Shown: piece after piece, positions 16,171-28,905 of the stretch | Numbering within the stretch: position 1 is the stretch's first letter | Layout: every line of letters starts with the position of its first letter | Assembly: GCF_006345805.1 (NCBI RefSeq) | Contig: NC_043010.1 | Span: 68,262,001 to 68,326,000, forward strand | DNA length: 64,000 nucleotides | From: Octopus sinensis | Lineage: Eukaryota | Direction of reading: 5' to 3' | The notes under the pieces: generated by a model | What the model was told of the DNA's origin: nothing | The model's input: the letters and a program-made list of their open reading frames with translations, nothing else | The model's database searches: none | Translations under genes and position numbers: made by a program

Positions 16171-16624
16171 TAAAGAATAAGGAGAAAATGGAAAGGTAAT
16201 TAATAATATATTATTTGTTAATTATAAAATAAGACATCTCTAGATAATTTTATTTATAAAATTAAAATCACTATAAATATTTTTTAAAATCTCTTCAGAG
16301 GTAGTAAAGATATAGCGATTAGAAATACATGTTGAGATAACGGCTGCAAACTAATAGCAAATATGCAAAAAGAGCCGGTTATAGAAGGCATCAATCCAAC
16401 ATAGGGTTAGATGGTAGTGTATATTTTTATGGCTTAAAGTTAAAAAAGAAAAGATTAATATGATATCATAGGGTATTGAGAAGTAGAAAAGAAATCGATT
16501 TTAATTTGATAAATTAATTATCTAAAGATTATTGAATCGAAACAGCTGTCAGAGACGTTGTCATATCTTATGATTAATATATAATATTTTATTAATTATC
16601 TCTCCATTTTGTCCTTATTCTTTA
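16171..16624. repeat. Degenerate inverted repeat next to (TA)n with a hammerhead-like remnant at 16521-16553
   Basis: TAAAGAATAAGGAGAAAATGGA... pairs with ...TCCATTTTGTCCTTATTCTTTA; GATT-ATTG-AATC-GAAA-CAGCTG-TC. Confidence 0.55.
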
Positions 16625-16769
16625 GATATATAAATATATGAACCACGATTTATATATTTACCTTATAGTTGAACTTTCTATGGATTGGTAACTAACCAGT
16701 GTTTTCATTGAATTTTATTATCCTTTAATGAGGTTTATAACCTTTATTTGAATATATATATATATATTG

Positions 16770-17320
16770 TTGGGTGCAACAGGCATATATGTTGGGTGCA
16801 ACAGGCATAAATGACATGTATTTTTACTCAAGATTTGCAGAAGTGGTATATATAATGGCCAAACGATCGATTTAGCACTAACCACACATCTCGAAGACAT
16901 CTGAAATGCCGTATTAGATTTTCTTGTTCTCCAGTTCTCTGCTCTTTTGTTCAATAAATATCATCTCTGAGTTATGTGAGCAACTCCATACAGAAACCGT
17001 TATTTTGGAAGTTTACTAAGTTCTGCAACTCTTTCACAATAAAAAAGATGCATTATGCTAGATCACTCTGTAGACCTGTATATAAATCATTCTGTGCTTT
17101 GATCGAAGGAAAAACTCAAATTTTACCATTTTGCCGACATTAGATAAATTTTATTTTTATCATTTCTTGTAGACCATGCTATCATTGATTAAAAGAGTTA
17201 CTAAATTCTCTGAAATACTTTGCACCGAAGATGACACGCAATGTCGAAACAGCTGCTTGTAAATATAATAGGGATGAAATCCTTAAGCTGAAATTAAATA
17301 AAATATTAAATGTAATAACA
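16770..17320 (+). mobile_element. Possible decayed Penelope-like 3' end (GIY-YIG-like remnant plus hammerhead-like motif at 17219-17263)
   Basis: IYNGQT resembles YIGQT; downstream TTTGCA-CCGAAGA-T-GACA-CGCAA-TGTC-GAAA-CAGCTG-CT-TGTAAA. Confidence 0.45.
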
Positions 17321-18047
17321 GAAAAAAATGTATTCTAAATTACTTGACTAAGAGTATGGGAAAAAAACGGAATATTCCTCTTGCTAAGAAAAACAAGAAC
17401 ACCCAAAACAAAATTAAACACACAGAAACACATCCATGGACTTTCGTAAACGCTGGAAAACATATGCACATATATATATACTCATACCACGCCGATACAC
17501 ATAGCCATGCGTACACACACCTATGTTCATACTCACGCAAGCACATATATCTACCTACCTACATGTGTGTATGTATGTGTATGTGTGTGTGTGTGTGTGC
17601 TAATTAAATATATTCCTAACAAAAAAATTCTTGAAGGGGTTTATATTTTAGTCGCTGCCATATACGTCCCACTTAGTTTGTTAAGTTAGTGGAATAATTG
17701 GTTTGAAACCCAAGTATTCACAGTTTGGTTTCCATTATTATTTTTTTCAGCTTTTTTCTACGAATAAATAACCTGTGTAGTAGTCTGTATGTTTAGAAAA
17801 CTTGTATTTCCAAACGCCGTCAAGCTAAAAAAAAAAAAACCCACCGTCAACAAAATCATCAACTACAGGCAAATAGAACAACATTGCTAAAATAAAGTAG
17901 CTCGTTTCTTTTGAAAAACCCGAAAACAACTACAATTTTGTTTTCTCAATCTTAGGAGCAAAATATATAGATAAATAAATACCAAGTCAGTTTAAATCTT
18001 CTATTTTAAATCGTCGCAGTGACTTGTTTATTGTTAGGTTCTTTTTA

Positions 18048-18109
18048 AGTTTTATGGGAGGTCATAGTGAAGTTACTCAGTTTTATGGGAGGTCATAATG
18101 AAGTTAGTC
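18048..18109. repeat. 31-bp tandem duplication
   Basis: AGTTTTATGGGAGGTCATARTGAAGTTASTC x2. Confidence 0.9.
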
Positions 18110-19709
18110 GTTTATTTTGTTCTATTCGAAGTTTCGGCTAGGAGCAGATTAGAAACGTAACTTGTACGGTAAACTGATCACTGCACGTATCACAGCTGGA
18201 TATCAGCGATCACTGCCGCATCCCTCGTAACGCTACGCTCTTAATAGACGTATAGATTTAGAATGGGACACACAAAGACATCATTTATAGAGCTAGAATC
18301 GTTATCAGAGACATCCCACCTACTTCTGCTGTTAAGTGGTTTACTACCAGTAGAAATTGATCAACTTGGACCTACTATATCACCGAGACTCTCGGCCCTG
18401 AATAATTCAATTTAAGTTGTGTCGACTGGGGAAAGACGTGTTTAGTACTTCGATAAAATAAGATAAAGAATAAGAAAAAAAAATAGGGCGATCACGTAGT
18501 ATTAATTAAGAGACACAGTTGTTAGTGATATTCTCTCCTTAAATCATCGGGATTTTTCGGTTTATATCTTAATTAATAGACATGACGGTGGCTCAGTAAA
18601 AAAAAAATATATATATAGTGGTGGACTCGAAATATATGTGAAGAAGTGATGGAGAGCTCGAGTATTAAGTACGAAACTATATCACAGAACCTATGAAAAG
18701 ATAAATGTTATAAGTGCCATGTTATTAGTAACCTATGCCCTTACATTTCGCTGGTTAATCGTAATTGATTCAATATATATTACATATTTAGACTTTACTA
18801 TATATATGTCAACACACATATATATGTGAATGAAAACGAAAACGATAGAGAATTTGGGAGAAAATTTTAGGAGAATCGCAGTTAAGGGTGCTAGTCACAT
18901 TTGTGTCAAACTTTCTTCTTCATCATCATCATCATCATCATCTCTTCTTCTTCTTCTGGTCTTATCACCTCTCTCTTTCTCTGTGTCTTTCTTTCAAAAT
19001 TGATATTGCAATTTCAGATACTAAATTATATACACCAGCACCGCCCTCACACACACACAAATACACAATAACGCACACACATACACACACACACACACAC
19101 ACATACACACACACACGTATGTGTATAAAACGGCAATCGTATATAGACCGTCAACGCCATCAAACTAAGCTTTGATATAGTACTTATCTACTATGTAGCA
19201 ATTGTGGTGAGTAAACAATATTACTTCGGTCATATTTCATCATCCAGATACATAGAAAAGATCTATACTGCAATGTCTAATTAAATCTGGAATGTAAAAG
19301 AGCACACCCACCACACATACACACACACACACATACACATTTTTTATTGTGTTAAGTCATAAGTTTTGCAATATTTTTGGAAATCTTTGCTTTATTCGTC
19401 ATGTTACAACAAAAGCAGCTCAGCATCTAAAGTAGAGACCAATAGAAGTGACAGAAAAGTGACATCAGACGGTGCGACACGATGACCTCTACTTTATATT
19501 ACTAAGTTCTTGGAGACACTATAACGGGTCATTAGCGTTGTTGCCTTCTGACCAAAGGATGTGTGTCTACCAAACTTGACGAAAAGTTTCGAGCTAAACT
19601 ATTACTACTAATTCTTCAATTCCCGACCACACACATACACATACGTCACACGCACACATCCCATACACACACATCACATACACACATCACGCAAAATCAC
19701 ACACCACCA

Positions 19710-20314
19710 ATTTCTATTTCTTTACTATCCACAAGGGGCTAAACACAGAGAGGACAAACAAGGACACACGAACGGATTAAGTCGATTATATCGGCCCCAG
19801 TGCGTAACTGGCACTTAATTTATCGACCCCCGAAAGGATGAAAGGCAAAGTAAACCTCGGCAGAATTTGAACTCAGAACGTAACGGCAGACGAAATACCT
19901 ATTTCTTTACTATCCACAAGGGGCTAAACACAGAGAGGACAAACAAGGACACACGAACGGATTAAGTCGATTATATCGGCCCCAGTGCGTAACTGGCACT
20001 TAATTTATCGACCCCCGAAAGGATGAAAGGCAAAGTAAACCTCGGCAGAATTTGAACTCAGAACGTAACGGCAGACGAAATACCTATTTCTTTACTACCC
20101 ACAAGGGGCTAAACACAGAGGGGACAAACAAGGACAGACAAACGGATTAAGTCGATTACATCGATCCCAGTGTGTAACTGGTACTTAATTTATCGGCCCT
20201 GAAAGGATGAAAGGCAAAGTAAACCTCGGCAAAATTTGAACTCAGAACGTAACGGCAGACGAAATACCACTAGGAATTTCGCCCGGCGTGCTAACGTTTC
20301 TCCCAACTCGCCGC
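19710..20314 (-). mobile_element. SINE A1, head + 3 tandem ~185-bp units
   Basis: Junction GACGAAATACCTATTTCTTT at ~19890 and ~20075; flanked by CACACCACCA-like direct repeats. Confidence 0.88.
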
Positions 20315-21884
20315 GCACACCACCACCACACACCAACACATGTCCACACATAGGCCCTATCTATTGCTCCAATCGACTCCTTTTCGTTTTCTCAACTATT
20401 TCAACGTTCATTTTTACTCTACTTCCCCTCGTACCTTCACCATAGCCCTTAGACAACCACCCTCTTTCCCTTTACCCCCCCCCTCTCTCTCTCTCACTTG
20501 GACTCTCTTCCCTCCTTAGAGCATCCACAACGTTTCAAGTGATTCATAAAACATGAGTCAGCCTTACTTGTTGAGTCTGAGCCAAAATATTATATAAATA
20601 GAAAGGTTGCGGCTAAACTAAACGAGGATATGTTTATAGTTCGGAGAAGAAGTCTTCTCGTTCATACATTTGCATGGTTACCATAGAAATGGAACGCAAC
20701 GCAGACATACGTTAACAAGCATAGAAGAATACACCGCTACAGATATGCATCTACACACAAACATATATTTACATACAGACGTTTGTATGTAGGCATATAG
20801 GTTTATAGGTAGGTATGTGAGAGGTTAGTTGCATTCCGTATTTAGATGAATTAGCAGAGAGACCGACACAATTATATATTTACAAAAAATACCTACAAAA
20901 TAAATATTGACAATCACATCCATTATATACAAACACATATAGACACGCATGTATAAATATATATATATATATATATATACGTACATACGTCGTACACATT
21001 TTAATTACATTATAGAAATAGACCATGTTTTTTCTGGTACATGTGACGTGGTATACGCTTACATCCACACACACATATACATTCCCATATAGTTGTATAT
21101 TTTGATCCTGTTCCTAAAATAAGAGAATGTGATTGAGAAAGATCTTCGCGAAAACGAATGAAGTTAGTTATTTCTATCCCACAATACCTCATGAGAACCC
21201 ATCCACGAAACATGTATGTTTATGTAAATGCATAAACATCAATTAGATTCTCCCCTCTTATACCCCCATACACTACACACATACACACAGAAAGTCGGAC
21301 AGCTAACGTGAGAGGTTTATAGATAATGATATATAATGTACAAGGTAAGGGCAGCTGTACTAGGACTCTGTCAATGCAAATACGAAGTGAAAATAGAAGC
21401 ATGAAACTTCGTTTCTGTATCTGTTATAACATAATGTGTGTTTATTTTGCGTAACATAAGGAAAGATATTTCACTCAGTATGTCCACCATCATCACTTTC
21501 CATCGATTTAATATGCGTGCACGATGTCTTTGCCTTATGTTTGTAGGTAGAGTTGGATGTCTACCTTATGGCCATCTTCAACGTTGGGGCTTGTTCTCAA
21601 CGATGCCTCACATCAAAGTATCACCGGAATCAGCTCTGGTGAAATAAATGGCAAAGCTTTCTTGGGAATAAATAGCATGCGTTTCATCTTCAAATAATCC
21701 TGCGCACACACTTTGAACCGTGCGCTGTGTAAGATTGGTTAAACGTAACTTCGTTGAGATCATAATGTTTACTAATCCACGGTTATCAGAACTTTAATAA
21801 GAGACGTTCAAATATTCATTTGTAAAAGATGACGAGAAACGAAGCGGCATAACGTCCATTGCTTGCAATGCTTCAAACAATACC

Positions 21885-22300
21885 TATTTCTTTACTACCC
21901 ACAAGGGGCTAAACACAGAGGGGACTAACAAGGACAAACAAACGGATCAAGTCGATTATATCGACCCCCAGTGCGTAACTGGTACTTAATTTATCGACCC
22001 CGAAAGGATGAAAGGCAAAGTCTACCTCGGCGGAATTTGAACTCAGAACGTAACGGCAGACGAAATACCTATTTCTTTACTACCCACAAGGGGCTAAACA
22101 CAGAGGGGACTAACAAGGACAGACAAACGGATCAAGTCGATTATATCGACACCAGTGCGTAACTGGTACTTAATTTATCGACCCCGAAAGGATGAAAGGC
22201 AAAGTAGACCTCGGCGGAATTTGAACTCAGAACGTAACGGCAGACGAAATACTGCTAAGCATTTCGCCCGGTGTGCTGACGATTCAGTCAGCTCGCCGCC
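21885..22300 (-). mobile_element. SINE A1, head + 2 units
   Basis: 15-bp TSD GCTTCAAACAATACC (21870-21884, 22307-22321). Confidence 0.9.
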
Positions 22301-22987
22301 CTTATGGCTTCAAACAATACCACCGAGACCGGCTTCTTGTTGTACTTGTAAACCTTAAAAACAAAAATCCTGCGATTGTGGTGATGGATGACCTGCTCAA
22401 CTATAAAATTCTTTCATTGAATTCGGACTCTCGATGTCTCTTCCTGGTGCTTCAAAAAGTTGAGAAGTTTTGGAGCTCTTTTAAGTACAGCGGCATTAGG
22501 ATGAGCTGTGAGACTTTCTCAACGTTTTACCGAAATCACATCTAATGGCTCTTCCTATTCCTCTTCTGTTCACACAATGCTATAGACGAGCCGGGTCTTG
22601 CCTATGGATAAATTTACATTGTTTTAACATTGTCTTAAACGAATGGGACATATGAAAGTATGTTTGTAATCATCAGAGGCATTGTGAAAAGCTTTAAGCT
22701 TAATTCAATAAAGTGTGGTCTTCATCGCACTCTGTATAGCAGCGATGTTATGAGTGAGAAGCCCTTGTGCTCAGTTCAGCAATAGCATTTTGTCGCAGAA
22801 ATTCGATCATTTTAGTACGATCTGTCACAATTTGTAACCAAACACTTAGAGCTAATATCATAGACTCATAACATATGAAAAAATTTGCACTTACGTTGCA
22901 CATCAAGATATAATATTCTGAAAAACGATTTTAATTTTACTACTGTCTCAGTATGCATAAATACAAACACACAAACACACACATATA

Positions 22988-23385
22988 TTCTTTATTCTTT
23001 TATTCGTTTACTTGTTTCAGTCATTTGACTGCGGCCATGCGGAAGCACCGACTTTGGTCGAGCAAATCGACCCCACCACTTATTCTTTGAAAGCCTAGTA
23101 CTTATTCAATCGGTCTCTTTTGCCGAACCGCTCAGTGACTGGGACGTAAACACACCAGCATCGGTTGTCAAGCGATGTTGGGGGGGGGGGCAAACACAGA
23201 CACACAAACACACACACACATATATATACGACGGGGTTCTTTCAGTCTCCGTCAATCAAATCCACCCACAAGGTTTTGGTCGACCCGAGGCTATAGTAGA
23301 AGACACTTCCCCAAGGTTCCACGCAGTGGGACTGAACCCAGAACCATGTGGTTGGTAAGCAAGCTACTTACCAAACATCCACTCC
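22988..23385 (-). mobile_element. SINE family B
   Basis: Near full-length match to the family B consensus seen in this window. Confidence 0.85.
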
Positions 23386-23493
23386 TTTGAAAAGCTTATG
23401 TTTCTGGTGTCCGTTCATTTACCGCAAACCACTTCTGTAATGCAAGTATTTGCAGAACAAAATATCACGTGATTTTGTTTGCTTTTTAATACT

Positions 23494-23573
<80 letters not shown>

Positions 23574-23842
23574 CACACACACACATATGCTCACATACAC
23601 TGAAGAAACATTTCGAGCCTCGAGCGGGAATATTTGTAAACAGTATGCATTCTCTAGTAAAGAACGGCTTTCTATTTCTGCGTGGAAGAGTAGTATCCAG
23701 TGAAGAATAACAACAACAACAACAACATCAACGACAATAGCAAACGGTGTCAATGAACTAAAAACAAAAAAAAAATGTCACAACACAGCAGTGGGTAATG
23801 TCGGCACCGGCGACGCCATTCACCAATACAACGAACAGATAC

Positions 23843-23874
<32 letters not shown>

Positions 23875-24345
23875 ATAATAATAATAATAATAATTAAATA
23901 ACAATAATAATATGTAGGAAACAAACGCAAAAGCGTAAATTGTGACAATAGCGATGACAATAGAAAGATTAAAAAACAGGGGAGGAAGAAATAACAATGA
24001 GAGGGGGTAGGGTAAAAACAAAATTCTGTAAGTTAGATTCCGTGGTGAATGTCATCTCAGTTAGCTTTGCATGTCAGGGGGTAAAATTTACGAGAAGTCG
24101 GTGGGGGTCTCAATGACTCCCACATTCTCAATAGACCTTCGTTTTTCAGTGTTTGTGTGTTTATTTTTTATTTTGAAAGGCTTCGATTAAATGTAATTGC
24201 ACATCAGCGATATATATATATCCGTTTAAATGTATATACATGTATGTATATATATATACACACATACATGCACGCACATACAGCAAATGATTGTAAAAGA
24301 TGTGTTATATATACATGTATGTATGTATGCATGTATGTATGTATG

Positions 24346-24385
<40 letters not shown>

Positions 24386-24482
24386 CCCGCGGAGAGAGAA
24401 TGAGAGAGTTACATATATTATTACATTAGTCTTATAGACGTATGTAACACATACAAATGTAAAACTACCATATATATGTATA

Positions 24483-24516
<34 letters not shown>

Positions 24517-24602
24517 GTAGTTTTATATTTATATATACATAAGTATATACGTACCTATGTACACACAAACATATATACACTATATATACATATATGATAT
24601 TT

Positions 24603-25019
24603 GTGAGTGGGTGTGTGGTAAGTAACTTGCTTACGAACCACATCTTCCCGGGTTCAGTCCCACTGCATGGCACCTTGGGCAAGTGTCTTCTACTATAGCC
24701 TCGGGCCGACCAAAGCCTTGTGAGTGGATTTGGTTGACGGAAACTGAAAGAAGCCCGTCGTATACGTATATATATATGTGTGTTGTGTGTGTGTGTGTGT
24801 GTGTGTTTGTGTGTCTGTGTTTGTCCCCACAAACGTCGCTTGACAATCGATACTGGTGTGTTTAGGTCCCCGTAACTTAGCGGTTCGGCAAAAGAGACCG
24901 ATAGAATAAATAAGTACTAGGCTTACAAAGAATAAGTCGTGGGGTCGATTTGCTCGACTAAAGGTGGTGCTCCAGCATGGCTACAATCAAATGACTGAAA
25001 CAAGTAAAAGAGTAAAAGG
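24603..25019 (+). mobile_element. SINE family B
   Basis: Near full-length match with internal microsatellite and tail. Confidence 0.87.
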
Positions 25020-25649
25020 GTATATATATATATACACACACACACACACGTTACACTTGCAGTCACTAACAAAACATTGTTATTCCTTGTAAGATTTATT
25101 TTCGCTGTGTGATTACATCAACACATCACTTTCAGCTACTACTGCCAGTCATTGCTAGATTTTCTCGAACTGGACCAGTTTTATTCATTTCCCCCTGACT
25201 AACATTTCGTATCTGGGGCAGGGGCTTTTAAATTTATTAGTATACATTGTATATGGGACTACGAAAATGCTGTTTTTTCCCTGAGAATGTCTGTGTTGTG
25301 ATCTGGGAGGATGTCGTTTGTATACTACATACAGGTGTTGGTGATAATATCGTGAATTGATGTTAACATACGATTCTGTAGTGTATTTATATACCCAGTG
25401 CTGTGTATATGGTACACTGTGCGTGTGTGTGTGTGCGTATACAAATATACATTTTTCTACATTATTTCTACGAACGTCTCTTTACCTTTCTCTTGCCACC
25501 TTCAACATTTTCACACGTTTATTTATAGACTTTAGCGTTTTCGGTATTTATTTAAGGAGAACTCGGTGTAGGTGTACGCACGTACATACATACATACATA
25601 CATAAATACATACATACATACATACATACATACATACATGCATGCATGC

Positions 25650-25689
<40 letters not shown>

Positions 25690-26600
25690 GTGTCCGTGTG
25701 TGTTTAAATTATTTTATATCAAATATTCACATCGCGTCGTATTCTTTGATAATTGCGCTGTGTTGGACGGTTCTCATGGAAAGCTTTTATAACTATTGTT
25801 TCAGTTTAAGGCAATTTATACTTCCTATTGTGTTCTTTTGTGATATAACCTCAAGCGATATACTATTTAAAGATATTTGCTTCTTAAACTCTGCTGGTTT
25901 ACTTATTGAATCCTGTTACTTTACAACAAATTATGTTCGTCTCGAGCACAAAAGAAATACCGGTGTGAGAACTGAAAAACGACAGTTTGAAGAAGAAAAA
26001 AAAAGTGTTTTTCTTTTGTATGCGTGTGTGTGGGTGTTCGCATGTGTGTGGCTGTGGAGGTGTGTTTTAAAAGGAAAAAAAGCATACACAAAACGAAAAA
26101 AAAAATAACACATTCCGCCATATTGCTTTACAGTGGGCTCAGCATCCGTTATGCTGATTTGACATGTTCTGAGGCTTTCTCATTAAAACGTAAAACCGTT
26201 GTCTTTCAGATTACATATACTGTTGACATGGGTATTTTCTTTTTGATTCTGACTTAACATTCCAAAGTGAAAGTTAATCTCTGCTTTCTAAGTCAACTAC
26301 GTGAATTGATATGTCAGATAAGAACACATGTTAACACAGTCGTTTGCTTTTGATTCACCTGATATTTCATCTTTCGTTGATCACTTAATTACAAGTCGGG
26401 TTTATTATATACCTACGAAGTGAGTAAGTAGTAGGCTTGTGGTTATCACACAATAAGCTACCGAAGCCTTGTAACAATTTAAAATTCGCAGCTAAAATGA
26501 AATAACATCTTAAACATGTAGCTCTTATCTTAAATGAAGGAAAAATATTAAAAAAAAATAAATAAAAACTCCGATAAAATGATAGGCTAACCTTTTGCAA

Positions 26601-27020
26601 GGCGGCGAGCTGGCAGAAACGTTAGCACGCCAGGCGAAATGCGTAGCCGTATTTCGTCTGCCGTTACGTTCTGAGTTCAAATTGCGCCGAGGTCGACTTT
26701 GCCTTTCATCCTTTCGGGGTCGATTAAATAAGTACCAGTTACGCACTGGAGTCGATATAATCGACTTAATCCGTTTGTCTGTCCTTGTTTGTCCCCTCTG
26801 TGTTTAGCCCCTTGTGGGGGATAAAGAAATAGAAATAGGTATTTCGCCCGTCGCTACGATCTGAGTTCAAATTCCGCCGAGGTCGACTTTGCCTTTCATC
26901 CTTTCGGGGTCGATAAATTAAGTACCACTTACGCACTGGGGTCGATATAATCGACTTAATCCGTTTGTCTGTCCTTGTTTGTCCTTCTATGTTTAGCCCC
27001 TTGTTGGTAGTAAAGAAACA
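26601..27020 (+). mobile_element. SINE A1, head + 2 units
   Basis: 20-bp TSD GATARGCTAACCTTTTGYAA (26581-26600, 27021-27040). Confidence 0.9.
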
Positions 27021-27190
27021 GATAAGCTAACCTTTTGTAAGAAACTACATTCATACAAACAGTTATATTTATATCAAAGGGGATCCTGAATGACATTTTG
27101 ATAAAAATTATTTTCCCTAGTTGTTAAATCTACTCCTCAATGTTGGGATAAACCTGATTACAGCGATCCTCAGAATATAACTAATATTTA

Positions 27191-27740
27191 TTGGGTTGTC
27201 CGGAAAGTTCTTGCCGATTTTTAAAGGAAAGAAAAAGGTCAATAAGTACTTGCCATTACATTTTTAATCAACCAAATATCAACCATTTTGTTACACAATG
27301 CGTCTCCATCTTTCCTTTAACTTGAAAATACCCTCTTCCCAGAACTGGGGTGGTTTCATGACAAAGAATTCATCAAGGTATCTTTTTACGTCATCCAAGA
27401 AATTGAAATTTTTACCATTAAAACTACTCTGCAGAGACCTGAATAAGTGGAAATCCGAAGGAGCAATATCTGGTGAATATGTAGGATGGGGTAACACATC
27501 CCAGCCGAGCTGCAGCGATTTTTGTCAAGTGCCGGAAATGAACTTTCTTATCTTCCATTTTAAAGGGTTATATAATTAGCACAAGTTATAGGAACATAAA
27601 CCTTCTTCCACGAAAAGATAGCTGAAACTGTGCTCTAAATGGAGGTGTAGTCAAATCCTATTTTATGGACTCAACCATGTTCTAAAATAAGTCGAAGCGT
27701 AAGCTTCTATAAATCGGCACGAACTTTCTGGACAACCCAA
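27191..27740 (-). mobile_element. Internally deleted mariner transposon (family M2)
   Basis: TA TSD; ~30-bp TIR TTGGGTTGTCCGGAAAGTTCTTGCCGATTT. On the minus strand the transposase start MEDKKVHFRH (ATG at 27558) is fused out of frame to LGWDVLPHPTYSPDIAPSDFHLFRSLQ...EGIFKLKERWRRIV, which contains the mariner YSPDxAPxD motif. Confidence 0.93.
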
Positions 27741-28220
27741 TATTTTGACCAGTTTCTGTGGGATGTTTTATTGAAAAACAATGTAATACCCGATGGTAGT
27801 GATTCATTACCAGCCCTGGACAGATAAGCAGTGGTATTGACTCCGGACGAATCCGGACTTAGTTTTAGAATGGAAAAACTATATGATGTTATCTTAATTA
27901 CAGTTGTCTAATTATCCAGTCAACCATACCCTGTGAAATATATTAATTATAAGCTTTGAAATATAAAGTTTTCTCAGCTTTGCCGAGGAATTTAAGTTTT
28001 CTTAGTATAATCTTTGCTTAAGATATGACAGTTTCCCTCTGATATTATCTAAGAGCTTATTTGTACACAAAAATTTGATCACTATAAACAAATCATCTGT
28101 GTGGTTGTTCGATAAGAAATTATCGAACCCTCATGCGTCGTCTAACGACGAGAGAGTCCATTATATGAACAGCGTACTGTTCCGTCAAGTTAAGATCAAT
28201 AAAAGAGAGATAAATTATGC

Positions 28221-28457
28221 TTAATGAACAGAGTGTATATTTTCATAAGCTGCTAACAGTTTCATGCCATGAAAACGACACAGACAGCATTTTACACCAC
28301 GTCTGGTGCATTCATGCAATCTTCAGGCAGTATATGCCATATGAGTACAACCTGAAGATTTCATGAAGCCAGCAAACGTGTTATAAAATACTATCGGTGT
28401 CATTTTTATTGCATGGAACTATTAGTAGCTTATAAAAATATATAGGCTGTTCATTAA
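28221..28457. repeat. Old imperfect inverted repeat (~105-bp arms, ~23-bp spacer)
   Basis: TTAATGAACAG...AATCTTCAGG / CCTGAAGATT...CTGTTCATTAA. Confidence 0.7.
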
Positions 28458-28496
28458 ACTATATATAAAGTTATATATATGTATGTATATATATAT

Positions 28497-28707
28497 CCTT
28501 TCTACTATAGGCACATGGCCTGGATTTTGTGGGAAGAGGGCAGTCGATCACATCGATGCCAGTACTCAACTGGTACTTAATTTATCGATCCTGAAATGAT
28601 GAAGGGCAAATTTGACCTCGGTGGAATTAGAACTCAGAACATAGCGACGGGCGAAACACCGCTAAGCATTTTGCCCGGCGTGCTAACGATTCTGCCAACT
28701 CACCGCC
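28497..28707 (-). mobile_element. SINE A2
   Basis: A-family head and body with the A2 3' end. Confidence 0.8.
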
Positions 28708-28805
28708 TTTATATTTATACACACACCACACATACACACACACACACACATACACACACACACACACACATACACACACACATACACACACACACACAGA
28801 ATGAG

Positions 28806-28815
28806 ACAGACAGAC

Positions 28816-28904
<89 letters not shown>
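28806..28904. repeat. (GACA)n(GATA)n microsatellite
   Basis: Directly visible. Confidence 0.95.

Positions 28905-28905
<1 letters not shown>

Noticed and set aside
21010-21213. FREDL peptide recalling the MMP21 segment upstream of the catalytic exon
   Set aside because: Wrong strand relative to the MMP exon and no other matching residues.
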